A DNA stretch of 64,000 bases from Candidatus Micrarchaeota archaeon (GTDB lineage Archaea; Micrarchaeota; Micrarchaeia; Micrarchaeales; CABMGC01), in assembly GCA_028867435.1 (NCBI GenBank), contig JAGWGI010000002.1, positions 700 to 64,699 of the forward strand. Direction: 5' to 3'. This document shows positions 42,275 through 51,204 of the stretch, piece after piece. A program made the translations under genes and the position numbers. Positions within the stretch are counted from its first letter, which is position 1, and each line of letters starts with the position of its first letter. The notes beneath the pieces were generated by a model that did not search any database, was not told the DNA's origin, and saw only the letters and a list, made by a program, of their open reading frames with translations.

Positions 42275-42498
42275 CGTCTCAGCTTATTGGATTATAACTG
42301 GGTTATATGCGCGCATTAATTTAAACCTTCTTACGAGGGGAGAAATGGTTTTGGCACGCCATCTTCCGTCCAGGGCGGCTTAAGGTGCTTGAGATAAAGT
42401 CCAGGGGTGTAATCATCATGCCTGCTGGCGCCTAGCTTAACAGTTTTGGGAATGAAGATGTACCTAGCCGGTTGCAGGAGAGTTTCTTTGGAGATTAT

Positions 42499-42867
42499 TT
42501 ACTTGGTGAGGGTAAGGTATCTCACATCGTCAAATATAATGGAAAGCGAAAGGAGGAGCAGTCCTGTGTCCCGTATCACCAGATCCATGTAGCCGGTGAG
42601 GACCATGAGCGAAATTATGATTGCAAGAAGCATTATAGAGGAGAGTATCGCGGCTATGCGCAGGTAGAATCCCGTAAGGATTGCTAGCCCTACTGCGATC
42701 ATCGCCACGCCATGAACAACGATTATCATCGTGGTGTTGCTCCAGAAGAGCGGCGGCAGGAATCCAACCCAGGCGGCAGGGTTGGTTATCTCCCATGCAC
42801 CAAATACGACAAGCACAATCCCTATCCCGATCCTGGTAAGGAGATGCCTTATCTTCCGTGCCTCCAT
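42499..42867 (-). CDS. Small 4-TM membrane protein (DoxX-like)
   Basis: 122 aa with four hydrophobic helices and 'RIGIGIVLVVFGAWE'. The family assignment is weak. The overlapping ORF 42530..42919 is rejected as an alternative frame. Confidence 0.4.
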   Translation of the reverse strand: MEARKIRHLLTRIGIGIVLVVFGAWEITNPAAWVGFLPPLFWSNTTMIIVVHGVAMIAVGLAILTGFYLRIAAILSSIMLLAIIISLMVLTGYMDLVIRDTGLLLLSLSIIFDDVRYLTLTK

Positions 42868-42891
42868 ATCTGATTCCCCATCTAAGCCGGC

Positions 42892-43614
42892 CTACAGCTT
42901 CTTCCTGAGCATAAACCACAGACCAACTATTATCAGGACCATAACAATGACTATACCAGCATAGAGCAGCAGGCTGCTGACCACGCCGCTGTTATTTCCC
43001 GTCGGCGTTTGGGCAGTAGTTCCGTGGGAAACCGAAGTGGAGGTGTTTGGCCTTGATGAGCCTATGGTGCCCCCATTATTTGATGAGCTTATCGTGCCCA
43101 CCGTTGTAGTTGAGTTTGGAGGAGTTGTTGAAATCGAGGGCTTGCCCTGAAATATTGGGGCCATTATCGGACCTGATACTCCCATCAAATACCATATGTG
43201 TCCCACATTCTGGCCGGATATGTCGCCTGCCTTGGTGTCTCCAGCATAGTAGTATAGAGGGTAGCCAAGATAGGTGAGCTGCTTGCTTCCATCAGTTCTG
43301 GTTATGGTGGAGAAGTTTAAGGATTTCAGGGACGGTGGAAGGACAAGACTTGAGGTATAGAATATCGGCCAGACCCTAGCGCAGCCGCCATAGCAGGTGC
43401 TGTTTCCACTGTACTGCTTATCGGGGGTGTACATGTATATCGACCAGCCTGTTGCATTTATTAGATAATTCCCATATGTGGTGTTTGTCCCAAGACCCAC
43501 AGTATAGCCTGAGGAAGTTGCGTTTGCCGCAAAAGCAAGATTTGCAGAACCAAGCAGCACCAGAAGCATTCCGAAAAGTTCCAGCCTTACCATATTATCA
43601 CGATAAATGGGCAT
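42892..43614 (-). CDS. Secreted protein with tandem Yx(F/W/Y)xxD repeats (COG4315/lipoprotein_15-like) and a C-terminal S/T-rich stalk + TM anchor
   Basis: Signal sequence 'LFGMLLVLLGSANLAFA'. Repeats 'GWSIYMYTPD...CYGGCARVWP' and 'QLTYLGYPLYYYAGD'. S/T/N-rich linker, then 'LLLYAGIVIVMVLIIVGLWFML'. Confidence 0.6.
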   Translation of the reverse strand: MPIYRDNMVRLELFGMLLVLLGSANLAFAANATSSGYTVGLGTNTTYGNYLINATGWSIYMYTPDKQYSGNSTCYGGCARVWPIFYTSSLVLPPSLKSLNFSTITRTDGSKQLTYLGYPLYYYAGDTKAGDISGQNVGHIWYLMGVSGPIMAPIFQGKPSISTTPPNSTTTVGTISSSNNGGTIGSSRPNTSTSVSHGTTAQTPTGNNSGVVSSLLLYAGIVIVMVLIIVGLWFMLRKKL

Positions 43615-43690
43615 CAGACATTTTTATGCCTTTGCACTATGGCCCGTAGCTCGCACAAAAACTGCGGCAGTGCATTTTCAGGGGGCGATT

Positions 43691-45025
43691 TCACATGAAC
43701 CAGTCTGTTTCAGTCCTCTGAGTTATCTCGCCCGTAATGTCTGTCTTGAGCAGCGCCTTGACCTCTTCCTTTTTGCTGTTTGCCAGCAGCCAGCCAAGCT
43801 TCACGTATGCAGTCTCCGGTAGCATGTCCTCGCAATGCACAGCACCTGCCTCATTTAGGATTCTGAGGTTTCGATAGACGTTCTCGCTTACCCTGCCGTA
43901 TAGGGTCTGCGATGTTACCCCTACCACAATCCCAGAATCATTTGCACGCTTTACATGCGAGATCCAGGAGAGCGCAAGATCGCTTGGGGAGGTTGGCACG
44001 TGGCCGAGCCCGGTTCCCTCTATTATTATTCCCTTGCACCCCTTGCCAGTATAGTAGTCTATAACTGCAGGGTCGGAGTTCGGATATGCCTTGATCAGGG
44101 CAATCCTGTTTTCGAACTTTGTGTTTGCAACCACCTTCCTCTTGTTCTCCTTGGAGATTTCCCTATGTGAGGAAAGATACTCGGTGCCACCTGATGGTGT
44201 GATGCGTGCGATGGGCAGGTTGTTCACAGGCCTGAACGCATCTCGCCTGGAGGTGTGCATCTTGCGCGCCTTTGTGCCGCGTATGAAGTCGCAGTATGTG
44301 TCTGAAGAGGTTGAGTGCATGCATATGCCAACCTCGGCTATGTTGCTCTTTGCCGCGGCGTGGAATGAGCAGATCAGATTGGTGAAGGCATCGCTGCTGC
44401 CCCTGTCGCTGCTGCGCTGCGCGCCGGTTAGCACAACGGGCGCATTGAGCCCTGATAGCATGAAGCTGAGCGACGATGCGGTAAAGTGCATCGTATCTGT
44501 GCCGTGGGTAATCACTATTCCCCTAGAGCCGGAATTGAGCTCTTCAGCAGCGTGCTTTGCTATCATCTGCCACTCCTTGTAGGTCATGTCCTCACTAAGT
44601 ATGCTGAACGGGTTTGAGATCTTGAACTCCGCAATCTCTGCAAGCTCGGGAACGTCTGTAATGAGCTCTTCTGGCCGAGTGAGGGAGTATACTCCCCCTG
44701 TTACGTAGTCGACCTTGCTGCCGATGGTACCTCCGGTGTAGATCATCGAGATCTTCGGCAGTACACGGCCAAAGATCGGTGCGTGGCGCTGGGAGGCATG
44801 GGCCTTATTGGGAATGCTTAGCTTCTCGATCTTGGCGCCCTTGCCGATACGCAGGCCTATGTTGTATCCATTTGACTGCTTAAGCACAAGAATTGCGGCA
44901 TCCCCGATATCGGGGCGGGGCATTATGGTGCCAGTGAAGTTGCCATCTCCGAGGGCGAGCGAGATGGAATCGCCAATGGCGATGTTTTTGGATTTGAAAA
45001 TTGCCTCTATCTCTTTGCTGTACAT
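43691..45025 (-). CDS. gatD: Glutamyl-tRNA(Gln) amidotransferase subunit D (asparaginase-like)
   Basis: 'MIYTGGTIGS', 'ITHGTDTM' and 'LTGAQRSSDRGSSDA'. 444 aa. Confidence 0.9.
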   Translation of the reverse strand: MYSKEIEAIFKSKNIAIGDSISLALGDGNFTGTIMPRPDIGDAAILVLKQSNGYNIGLRIGKGAKIEKLSIPNKAHASQRHAPIFGRVLPKISMIYTGGTIGSKVDYVTGGVYSLTRPEELITDVPELAEIAEFKISNPFSILSEDMTYKEWQMIAKHAAEELNSGSRGIVITHGTDTMHFTASSLSFMLSGLNAPVVLTGAQRSSDRGSSDAFTNLICSFHAAAKSNIAEVGICMHSTSSDTYCDFIRGTKARKMHTSRRDAFRPVNNLPIARITPSGGTEYLSSHREISKENKRKVVANTKFENRIALIKAYPNSDPAVIDYYTGKGCKGIIIEGTGLGHVPTSPSDLALSWISHVKRANDSGIVVGVTSQTLYGRVSENVYRNLRILNEAGAVHCEDMLPETAYVKLGWLLANSKKEEVKALLKTDITGEITQRTETDWFM

Positions 45026-45048
45026 AAACCAGAATGGGAGAAAGAGGT

Positions 45049-46335
45049 TTAAAATGGTTTTGCAATCAGGCCCCCACCAGAGAAGTTTTCGACCCTAACA
45101 GTTAGCAGGCTGCCGATTTTTTCATTACTGGAGGTTATCGCAACCTCATTATAAAATTCGTCGCGTCCGTTCATGGATTTTGATTTGTTCTCGGTTAGAA
45201 GGATGCTAAGTTCCTTGCCAATTAATTTTTCACGATATTCTTCCTGCACTTTCCTGTAGGCTCGAGATGCCCCAACCGCCCTCTCCTTGAGAACTCTGTT
45301 TGGAAGCTGTTTTAGCCTAGCAGCTGGTGCATGCTCCCTGATTGCAAACTTGGAGACATTGGTTATCTCAGGTTTTGTAGTGCGGATGAAGTTCATGGTC
45401 TCTTGGAAATCCTCCTCCGTCTCTCCAGGGAAACCGACAATTATGTCGGTAGCAATGGTTATCCCAGGTATTTCCTCCCTTGCCCTTCTGACATATTCGT
45501 TGAATGATTCAATCGTGTAGTTCCTCTTCATCGCTCTTAGGATTTTATTGGAACCTGACTGCAGGGGAAGATGGAGGAATTTGTAGACTTTCTCAGACTT
45601 GCATGCATCTATTAGCCTTGCAAAATATTTTGGCAGATGCTCAGGGTTGAGCATGCCTACCCTTATTTTGTAGAACCCATCGAACTTGCTTGCTTCTTCG
45701 AGGAGCTCTGCGATGTTTGTTCCCCTATCGAGCCCGTAAGCGCCAGTATCCTGGGATGTGAGCTCGATCTCCCTTGCCCCGTTTCTCAGCGCAATCTGCA
45801 CCTGCTTTAGTATCAGCTCCTGCGAGAAGCTGTTGAGAGGGCCGCGTGCGTATTTTGTCTCGCAGAAGCCACAGTTGCTAAGGCACCCCTCACTAATAGG
45901 AATCTTTGCTATCACGCTTTTGTTATCAAGTGGGTATGCGAGCTTGTCCTTTCTCTCGTAATGATTGTAAACCGCCCTTTTCCCAGCCTCTATTTCTGCT
46001 ATTGCGCTTGCTATATTATGGGTGTTGCTGGTCGTTACTATGCTGGCATCCTTGGTTACTGATTCTATGCGGTCTTGGTTGGCGCTTGCCATGCATCCCG
46101 CAACGATTAGCCTGCTCCCCAAGCCTTTGAGCCTGCCCACCCTGTGGAGTATCTTGGTCTCTGTTGAGGACTTGACTGTGCAGGTATTCATTACGACATA
46201 ATCGTACTTTCCATGGCCCTCATACTTCCCATACTCAACCTGATAGCCCTGCGCTTTTAGCATTGCCCCCATTGTACTTGAATCAGCCTGGTTGAGGGTG
46301 CAGCCGTAGGTCTCTATAAGTACTTTCTTCGCCAT
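45049..46335 (-). CDS. Radical-SAM methylthiotransferase, archaeal MiaB/MtaB (CDKAL1-like) type
   Basis: UPF0004 domain 'IETYGCTLNQADS', radical-SAM cluster 'CLSNCGFCETKYARG' and a TRAM-like C-terminus. Confidence 0.85.
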   Translation of the reverse strand: MAKKVLIETYGCTLNQADSSTMGAMLKAQGYQVEYGKYEGHGKYDYVVMNTCTVKSSTETKILHRVGRLKGLGSRLIVAGCMASANQDRIESVTKDASIVTTSNTHNIASAIAEIEAGKRAVYNHYERKDKLAYPLDNKSVIAKIPISEGCLSNCGFCETKYARGPLNSFSQELILKQVQIALRNGAREIELTSQDTGAYGLDRGTNIAELLEEASKFDGFYKIRVGMLNPEHLPKYFARLIDACKSEKVYKFLHLPLQSGSNKILRAMKRNYTIESFNEYVRRAREEIPGITIATDIIVGFPGETEEDFQETMNFIRTTKPEITNVSKFAIREHAPAARLKQLPNRVLKERAVGASRAYRKVQEEYREKLIGKELSILLTENKSKSMNGRDEFYNEVAITSSNEKIGSLLTVRVENFSGGGLIAKPF

Positions 46336-46420
46336 GGAATCAATTTACAACTCTTAATGTGAATAATACCCTTTTTATATTTTCGTCTATATAACTAATC
46401 TGCTTATTTACGGGATAATC

Positions 46421-46615
46421 ATGATATGTGAGAGATGCAGCCGCGACATATTCAAGTACAACACTTGCAACTACTGCAAGAAGAAGATATGCGTCAACTG
46501 CATGAAGAGTTCAAGGAAGGTAACCAAGACCACAAGGCTGGTGATCTGCAGGGACTGCTGGTCAAAGATGCCTAAGAGGAAGACTTTCAAGAGTGCGACT
46601 GTGGAGACTGCATAA
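46421..46615 (+). CDS. Small 8-cysteine zinc-finger protein (64 aa)
   Basis: Four CxxC pairs spaced C-x2-C-x10-C-x2-C-x4-C-x2-C-x15-C-x2-C, followed by a basic tail. Confidence 0.5.
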   Translation: MICERCSRDIFKYNTCNYCKKKICVNCMKSSRKVTKTTRLVICRDCWSKMPKRKTFKSATVETA

Positions 46616-46755
46616 ACTCTACGCAGCTGATTCTGTGCCAAAGCCGCTAAATACCTAGCCGAAACCTTAAACGGCTATGGGTTCTCTTTCCAGAATGCGA
46701 GACAAAACTCTAGCCATAGTATTTAAAACCCTGAGGAGAAGCTAAATTCGATAAT

Positions 46756-47430
46756 ATGGGCATGGAGAAAACCAAGAGCAGTTCGGATATCAGTAGCAAA
46801 CTTGCTGAAAGGTATATTGAGACTGGGAACACGGTCAAGGAGTTGGTATCGGGTTTGCAAAAGGATAAGCTATCATTGAAAGAGAGTAAGGCAGCAACTC
46901 TTAAAGAAGAGATACGGGATTTGAAGAAACTTCAGGAAAAGATCATGAAGGCAGGTAAAGTGGATAAGAGCAACTTTGGTTTCCATGTTGACGGATTGAT
47001 GGAGAGCTTGGCGCAGCAGGAGAAGGACAAACTCAACAAACTTTCTGGGGATGAATTCTATTATGGTAAGAAGAGGGAGGGGATGGGAAGTGTGGAGAAT
47101 GTATTGAAAAATATGAAGAAGCGGCTTAAAAAGGAGATCCAGATTGCACTGGAGTTTGAGAGGAAAGGTACGTCTAGACAAGCCTTCTATGAAAAGACTA
47201 AGATGATATTGGAAATGGGGATTGGTTGTCTGGCGTTTGGGCTCGTCTTTACAGCGGATGCAAAGCAACTCACCCCACTAATTGGTGGAGATGTGGAAGC
47301 TTCTGGTGTGATGGGAATCGTAATGGGATCGCTCACTTCCCTGATATCTGGAGTACAGTTTGGATTGATGAAGTTTGAACGATGGGCCAAGGAGAGGAAG
47401 ATTTACGAAGCTTATACGAATTCTGATTGA
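46756..47430 (+). CDS. Hypothetical protein: N-terminal coiled-coil region + two C-terminal TM helices; atypical codon usage
   Basis: 224 aa. Heptad-like K/E-rich N-terminal 150 aa, then 'ILEMGIGCLAFGLVFTA' and 'GVMGIVMGSLTSLISGVQFGL'. About 9 of 24 Leu codons are TTG, against about 1 of 33 in rfcS (hand count). Confidence 0.5.
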   Translation: MGMEKTKSSSDISSKLAERYIETGNTVKELVSGLQKDKLSLKESKAATLKEEIRDLKKLQEKIMKAGKVDKSNFGFHVDGLMESLAQQEKDKLNKLSGDEFYYGKKREGMGSVENVLKNMKKRLKKEIQIALEFERKGTSRQAFYEKTKMILEMGIGCLAFGLVFTADAKQLTPLIGGDVEASGVMGIVMGSLTSLISGVQFGLMKFERWAKERKIYEAYTNSD

Positions 47431-47432
47431 AC

Positions 47433-50400
47433 TCACTCGACTTTTGTTATCGAAATCTTGACCGCTTCGCCCTCGATGTCGAAATCCTGGGACAACCCTT
47501 TGTCACTAAGTTCTTGCTTTAGCGTTGCGGCGTTGAGTTCTTTCTTTAGAATTTGCACATTGGCGGAAACGGCCTCACCAATTTCCCCTGTTGCGCTATA
47601 GCCTAGGTGTATCTTGTCCTGCTTCTTGAGATTGAACTCCTTTCTCATTATCTGCACCCTTCTCTGAAATTCCCTTAGGAGTGCCTCGGCCCTAAGCTCC
47701 TTGCTGACCGTCTTGTCCACTGATGCCCTGCCGTACTTGAATGAAACCGCATCGGTCTCTTCTGCTCTCTGGACTATGTTGAAATGCTCCGGCTTTATCT
47801 CAAATGCGCCTTTTTGCGTGTGAATCAAGTAATAGCCGCTTGCGGAGATTGCGGATTGTATCTGGCCGGCGTCTGCTTCCTTGAGTGCCTGGGCCACTGC
47901 ACCTGCATTTTCCCTGAATGCGGGGCCTAGTGCCTGGAAGTTCGGCCTGATTTCCATCTTGAGCCCCTCTACCTTTTTTAATATCAGCTTTTTGGTGTTG
48001 GTGTATTCTTCGATTATGTTGGAAAGCCTCTGTGCCGCGATGTATGAGGACTCTGCAGTAAGCTCGAGAGTCGCGCTCATTATCGGCCATCTCAGCCTTA
48101 TCTGCGCCTTCTCCCTGCTGCTAAGTATTGCGGTGATCGACTCGGTTGCTACCAAAAAGCTCTCCTCAAGTTCCCTATTTATCAGCCTCTCTTCATGCTT
48201 TGGCCATCTCTCCATGAATATGCTCTGTTTGTGATTGTAGCTGGAAAGGTAGATGCTCTCGGCATTTAACGGCATTATTGGGGAGAGCAGAAGCAGTGTG
48301 TTGTATAGAAGGTAGTTGATTAGGTCCACTGTCGCCTTTGCCCTAGGCTTTGCGGCCTCGAGTATCTTCCTCTTCCCGATCTTTAGATAGAATCTGCTCA
48401 GATCATTTACCAGGAAGAGGTTTACTGCACTCACCGCCTTGTGGATGTCATAAGTTTCCATTCCTAAGCCAGCCTCCTTAATCACGCTGTTTAGCCTAGA
48501 TGTTATCCATGCATCCTCAGGATCCATATTCTCTGGGCTCCTAGGCTTTCTGATTTTTGTCGGGACGTATTTTATCGCCTGTGCGTAATCGGCTACCAGT
48601 GTGGAGATGTTGTAGAGCAGTGTGATGTTGGCCTGTATCTCCTCTATCTCCCTTGGGTAGAACTTGAGCATCTCGTAGGAGGCGTGGGAGAGCATGAAGC
48701 CCCTCACTGCATCTGTGGAATATTTGTTTATCAGCTCGCTGGCAGTGACGAAATTTCCCTTGCTCTTGTGCATTGCCTCGCCGCGCTGGTCCACAACCCA
48801 ACCCTGCATCACCAGCTCCTTGTATGGGGTCTTTCCGTAAGCCGCCACGCTGGTCTTCATTAGCGTAGCAAACCATCCCCTTATCTGATCCGGCCCCTCA
48901 GTTATGAAAGCCTTGCCAAAGAACCTGGAAAACTCCTCCTCACTCAGGCTTGCAGTGTGGGCCACGCCAGAATCATACCATACATCAAAGACGTCCTTTG
49001 TCCTATGCATCGGGCCGCCACAATTCGCGCACTTGAGAACTATCTCATCAATGAATGGCTTGTGAAGGCTTTCAGATGTGAATGGGGGACTCTTTCCAGA
49101 CTCAGCTTTGAGCTCCGCAAATGAGCCAATCACCCTGGACTGCTTGCAAGAATCGCAGATCCAGATTGGTATCGGTATGTCCCAGTACCTCTGCCTGCTT
49201 ATAACCCAATCAGGGGCGGTTTCAATGCTCTCCAAAAACCAGTCCTTTGCTTCCTTTGGATACCAGAAGACTTTCTGCGCCTGTTTCTTTATCTTCTCCT
49301 TGATCTTGCTTATCTTGATGAACCACTGCTCCGTCGGAAGATAAATGAGCTTCTCATGGCACCTCCAGCAGTGGGGATAGTTGTGCCTTATCGTGGACTT
49401 GGCAAGCAGGGAGCCATTGGAGTGCAGCTCTGCCTCTATCTGCCTGTTCGCATCGTGTATGAGGGAGGTTCCTTTGTATTTGCCTGCATCCTCATTGTAC
49501 TTTCCATCTTGGTCAACTAAAGAGATTAATGGTATCTTGCACTTCTTCGCTAGTGCGAAGTCCTCAGGGCCGTATGCTGGGGCGATGTGTATTATGCCGG
49601 TTCCCTCATCCAGGCTCACCATCTCCTCGGAAAATACAACCTTGTGGTGTTTGCGAGTAAGCCTTTGCTCCTTGATGTGCTCTTCTAGCGGATTGGTGTA
49701 GAATATTCCCTCAAGCTCAGATCCTGAGAATTCTTCTAGTATCACAGGATAGAACTCAAACTGCTTTGCAATTGTATCGAGCCTGCTCTTTGCAAGTATC
49801 ATCTCCCTGCCGCTTATGTTGACGCGCACGTACGCCGCCTTGGGATTGACGCATACCGCCATGTTCGCAGGGAGAGTCCACGGAGTTGTGGTCCAGATTA
49901 GAAGATATGACTCCGCGCCTAGCTTTATCCTAGGTTTGGAGATGGCAGCGTTTATTTTGAAGAGCACGAAGACAGAAGGATCCGTGTCTTCCTCTTCCTC
50001 GACTTCAGGCCCCTTTGCGAGCACAGTGCCGCAGTGCATGCAATATGGCATGACCTGTATCGCTCTATAAACGAGTTTTTTGTCGTAAATCTTCTTGAAG
50101 ACCTTCCAGCTCTTGTCTATGTATTCAGGGCTTGCAGGGACGTATGCCTTCTCGAAGTCCATCCATGCCCCGTACCTCTTAGCGTCGCTTATCTGGGAGA
50201 GCATGTTTGCCTTGTAGATCTCGATGCATTTGCCAATGAAGTTGCTTACCCCTATCTTTGATTCTATCTCGCGCTTTGATGCCACCTGAAGCTCTCTTTC
50301 CGCCTTGTTCTCTATCGGCAACCCGTGCACATCGAATCCCGCCCTGTCAAAGACATCAAAACCCTGCATGCGCTTGTAGCGCATTACCGCATCCTTCCTT

Positions 50401-50573
50401 GAATACGCCCTTATGTGACCCATATGCAATTGTCCATTGGCATACGGAGGCCCTTCCAGAAAGAAGAACTTCTTTTTCCCTTTGTTTGCGGCGTTTACCT
50501 TCTCACGTGTTTGCTCGGCTTCCCATCTCTCCAGTATTTTCTCCTCCGCCTTGAAAATGTCCGTACCCTGCAT
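47433..50573 (-). CDS. ileS: Isoleucyl-tRNA synthetase
   Basis: HIGH-type 'PPYANGQLHMGH', CP1 editing domain 'TTTPWTLPAN', KMSKS-type 'MHKSKGN' and zinc motifs 'CWRCHEKL' and 'CDSCKQ'. 1046 aa. Confidence 0.95.
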   Translation of the reverse strand: MQGTDIFKAEEKILERWEAEQTREKVNAANKGKKKFFFLEGPPYANGQLHMGHIRAYSRKDAVMRYKRMQGFDVFDRAGFDVHGLPIENKAERELQVASKREIESKIGVSNFIGKCIEIYKANMLSQISDAKRYGAWMDFEKAYVPASPEYIDKSWKVFKKIYDKKLVYRAIQVMPYCMHCGTVLAKGPEVEEEEDTDPSVFVLFKINAAISKPRIKLGAESYLLIWTTTPWTLPANMAVCVNPKAAYVRVNISGREMILAKSRLDTIAKQFEFYPVILEEFSGSELEGIFYTNPLEEHIKEQRLTRKHHKVVFSEEMVSLDEGTGIIHIAPAYGPEDFALAKKCKIPLISLVDQDGKYNEDAGKYKGTSLIHDANRQIEAELHSNGSLLAKSTIRHNYPHCWRCHEKLIYLPTEQWFIKISKIKEKIKKQAQKVFWYPKEAKDWFLESIETAPDWVISRQRYWDIPIPIWICDSCKQSRVIGSFAELKAESGKSPPFTSESLHKPFIDEIVLKCANCGGPMHRTKDVFDVWYDSGVAHTASLSEEEFSRFFGKAFITEGPDQIRGWFATLMKTSVAAYGKTPYKELVMQGWVVDQRGEAMHKSKGNFVTASELINKYSTDAVRGFMLSHASYEMLKFYPREIEEIQANITLLYNISTLVADYAQAIKYVPTKIRKPRSPENMDPEDAWITSRLNSVIKEAGLGMETYDIHKAVSAVNLFLVNDLSRFYLKIGKRKILEAAKPRAKATVDLINYLLYNTLLLLSPIMPLNAESIYLSSYNHKQSIFMERWPKHEERLINRELEESFLVATESITAILSSREKAQIRLRWPIMSATLELTAESSYIAAQRLSNIIEEYTNTKKLILKKVEGLKMEIRPNFQALGPAFRENAGAVAQALKEADAGQIQSAISASGYYLIHTQKGAFEIKPEHFNIVQRAEETDAVSFKYGRASVDKTVSKELRAEALLREFQRRVQIMRKEFNLKKQDKIHLGYSATGEIGEAVSANVQILKKELNAATLKQELSDKGLSQDFDIEGEAVKISITKVE

Positions 50574-50651
50574 TAAATATCATCTTAGCTATAGCTGAGT
50601 TTCGCCTTCAGCTCTTATAAATATTGATGTAGGAGTTATATGGTTGATTAG

Positions 50652-51194
50652 ATGCGCCTTGCAGATGCGGTAACGCTTTTCAGGACATTTCTGGTATTTG
50701 TCATAGCATATATGATATTCGAGAGATTCAGCGCTCTTGCCACTGTAGCCCTGATAGCAATCATGTTCATACTTGATGCGATCGACGGGAAGATCGCAAA
50801 GCTGGACAAGAAGTCAAAGAGCACCAGCTACGGGCCAAGACTTGACGTGGCAGGGGATAGGATAATTGAGTATGTCTTCTGGATAGTGTTCACGGTGCTC
50901 AATGTAGTCCCACTCTTTGTGCTTTTCATAATCCTGATCCGCCACTCCTTTGTCGACGCCTTCATGGCAGCCAAGGGCACATCCTCAAAGATGAAGACTA
51001 GGCTCGCGAAGGCTCTCTACACCTCGGATCTGTTCAGGGGGGGGATCAATGTAGTAAAGGTGGTAGTATTCTCATATCTTACGCTGGTCTATCTGGCGGG
51101 GTGGGACATATTGATTGGATATGTGCTCACCTCCATACTCGTCTTATACATACTTGCAAGGGGCGTAGCTGAGATGTGGGAGAGCATTGCATGA
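50652..51194 (+). CDS. CDP-alcohol phosphatidyltransferase family protein (archaeal lipid head-group synthase)
   Basis: 'LDAIDGKIAKLD...GPRLDVAGDRIIE' matches the D-x2-D-G-x2-A-R...G-x3-D-x3-D pattern. Multi-TM. Confidence 0.75.
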   Translation: MRLADAVTLFRTFLVFVIAYMIFERFSALATVALIAIMFILDAIDGKIAKLDKKSKSTSYGPRLDVAGDRIIEYVFWIVFTVLNVVPLFVLFIILIRHSFVDAFMAAKGTSSKMKTRLAKALYTSDLFRGGINVVKVVVFSYLTLVYLAGWDILIGYVLTSILVLYILARGVAEMWESIA

Positions 51195-51204
51195 TTGTGT
51201 GGTT

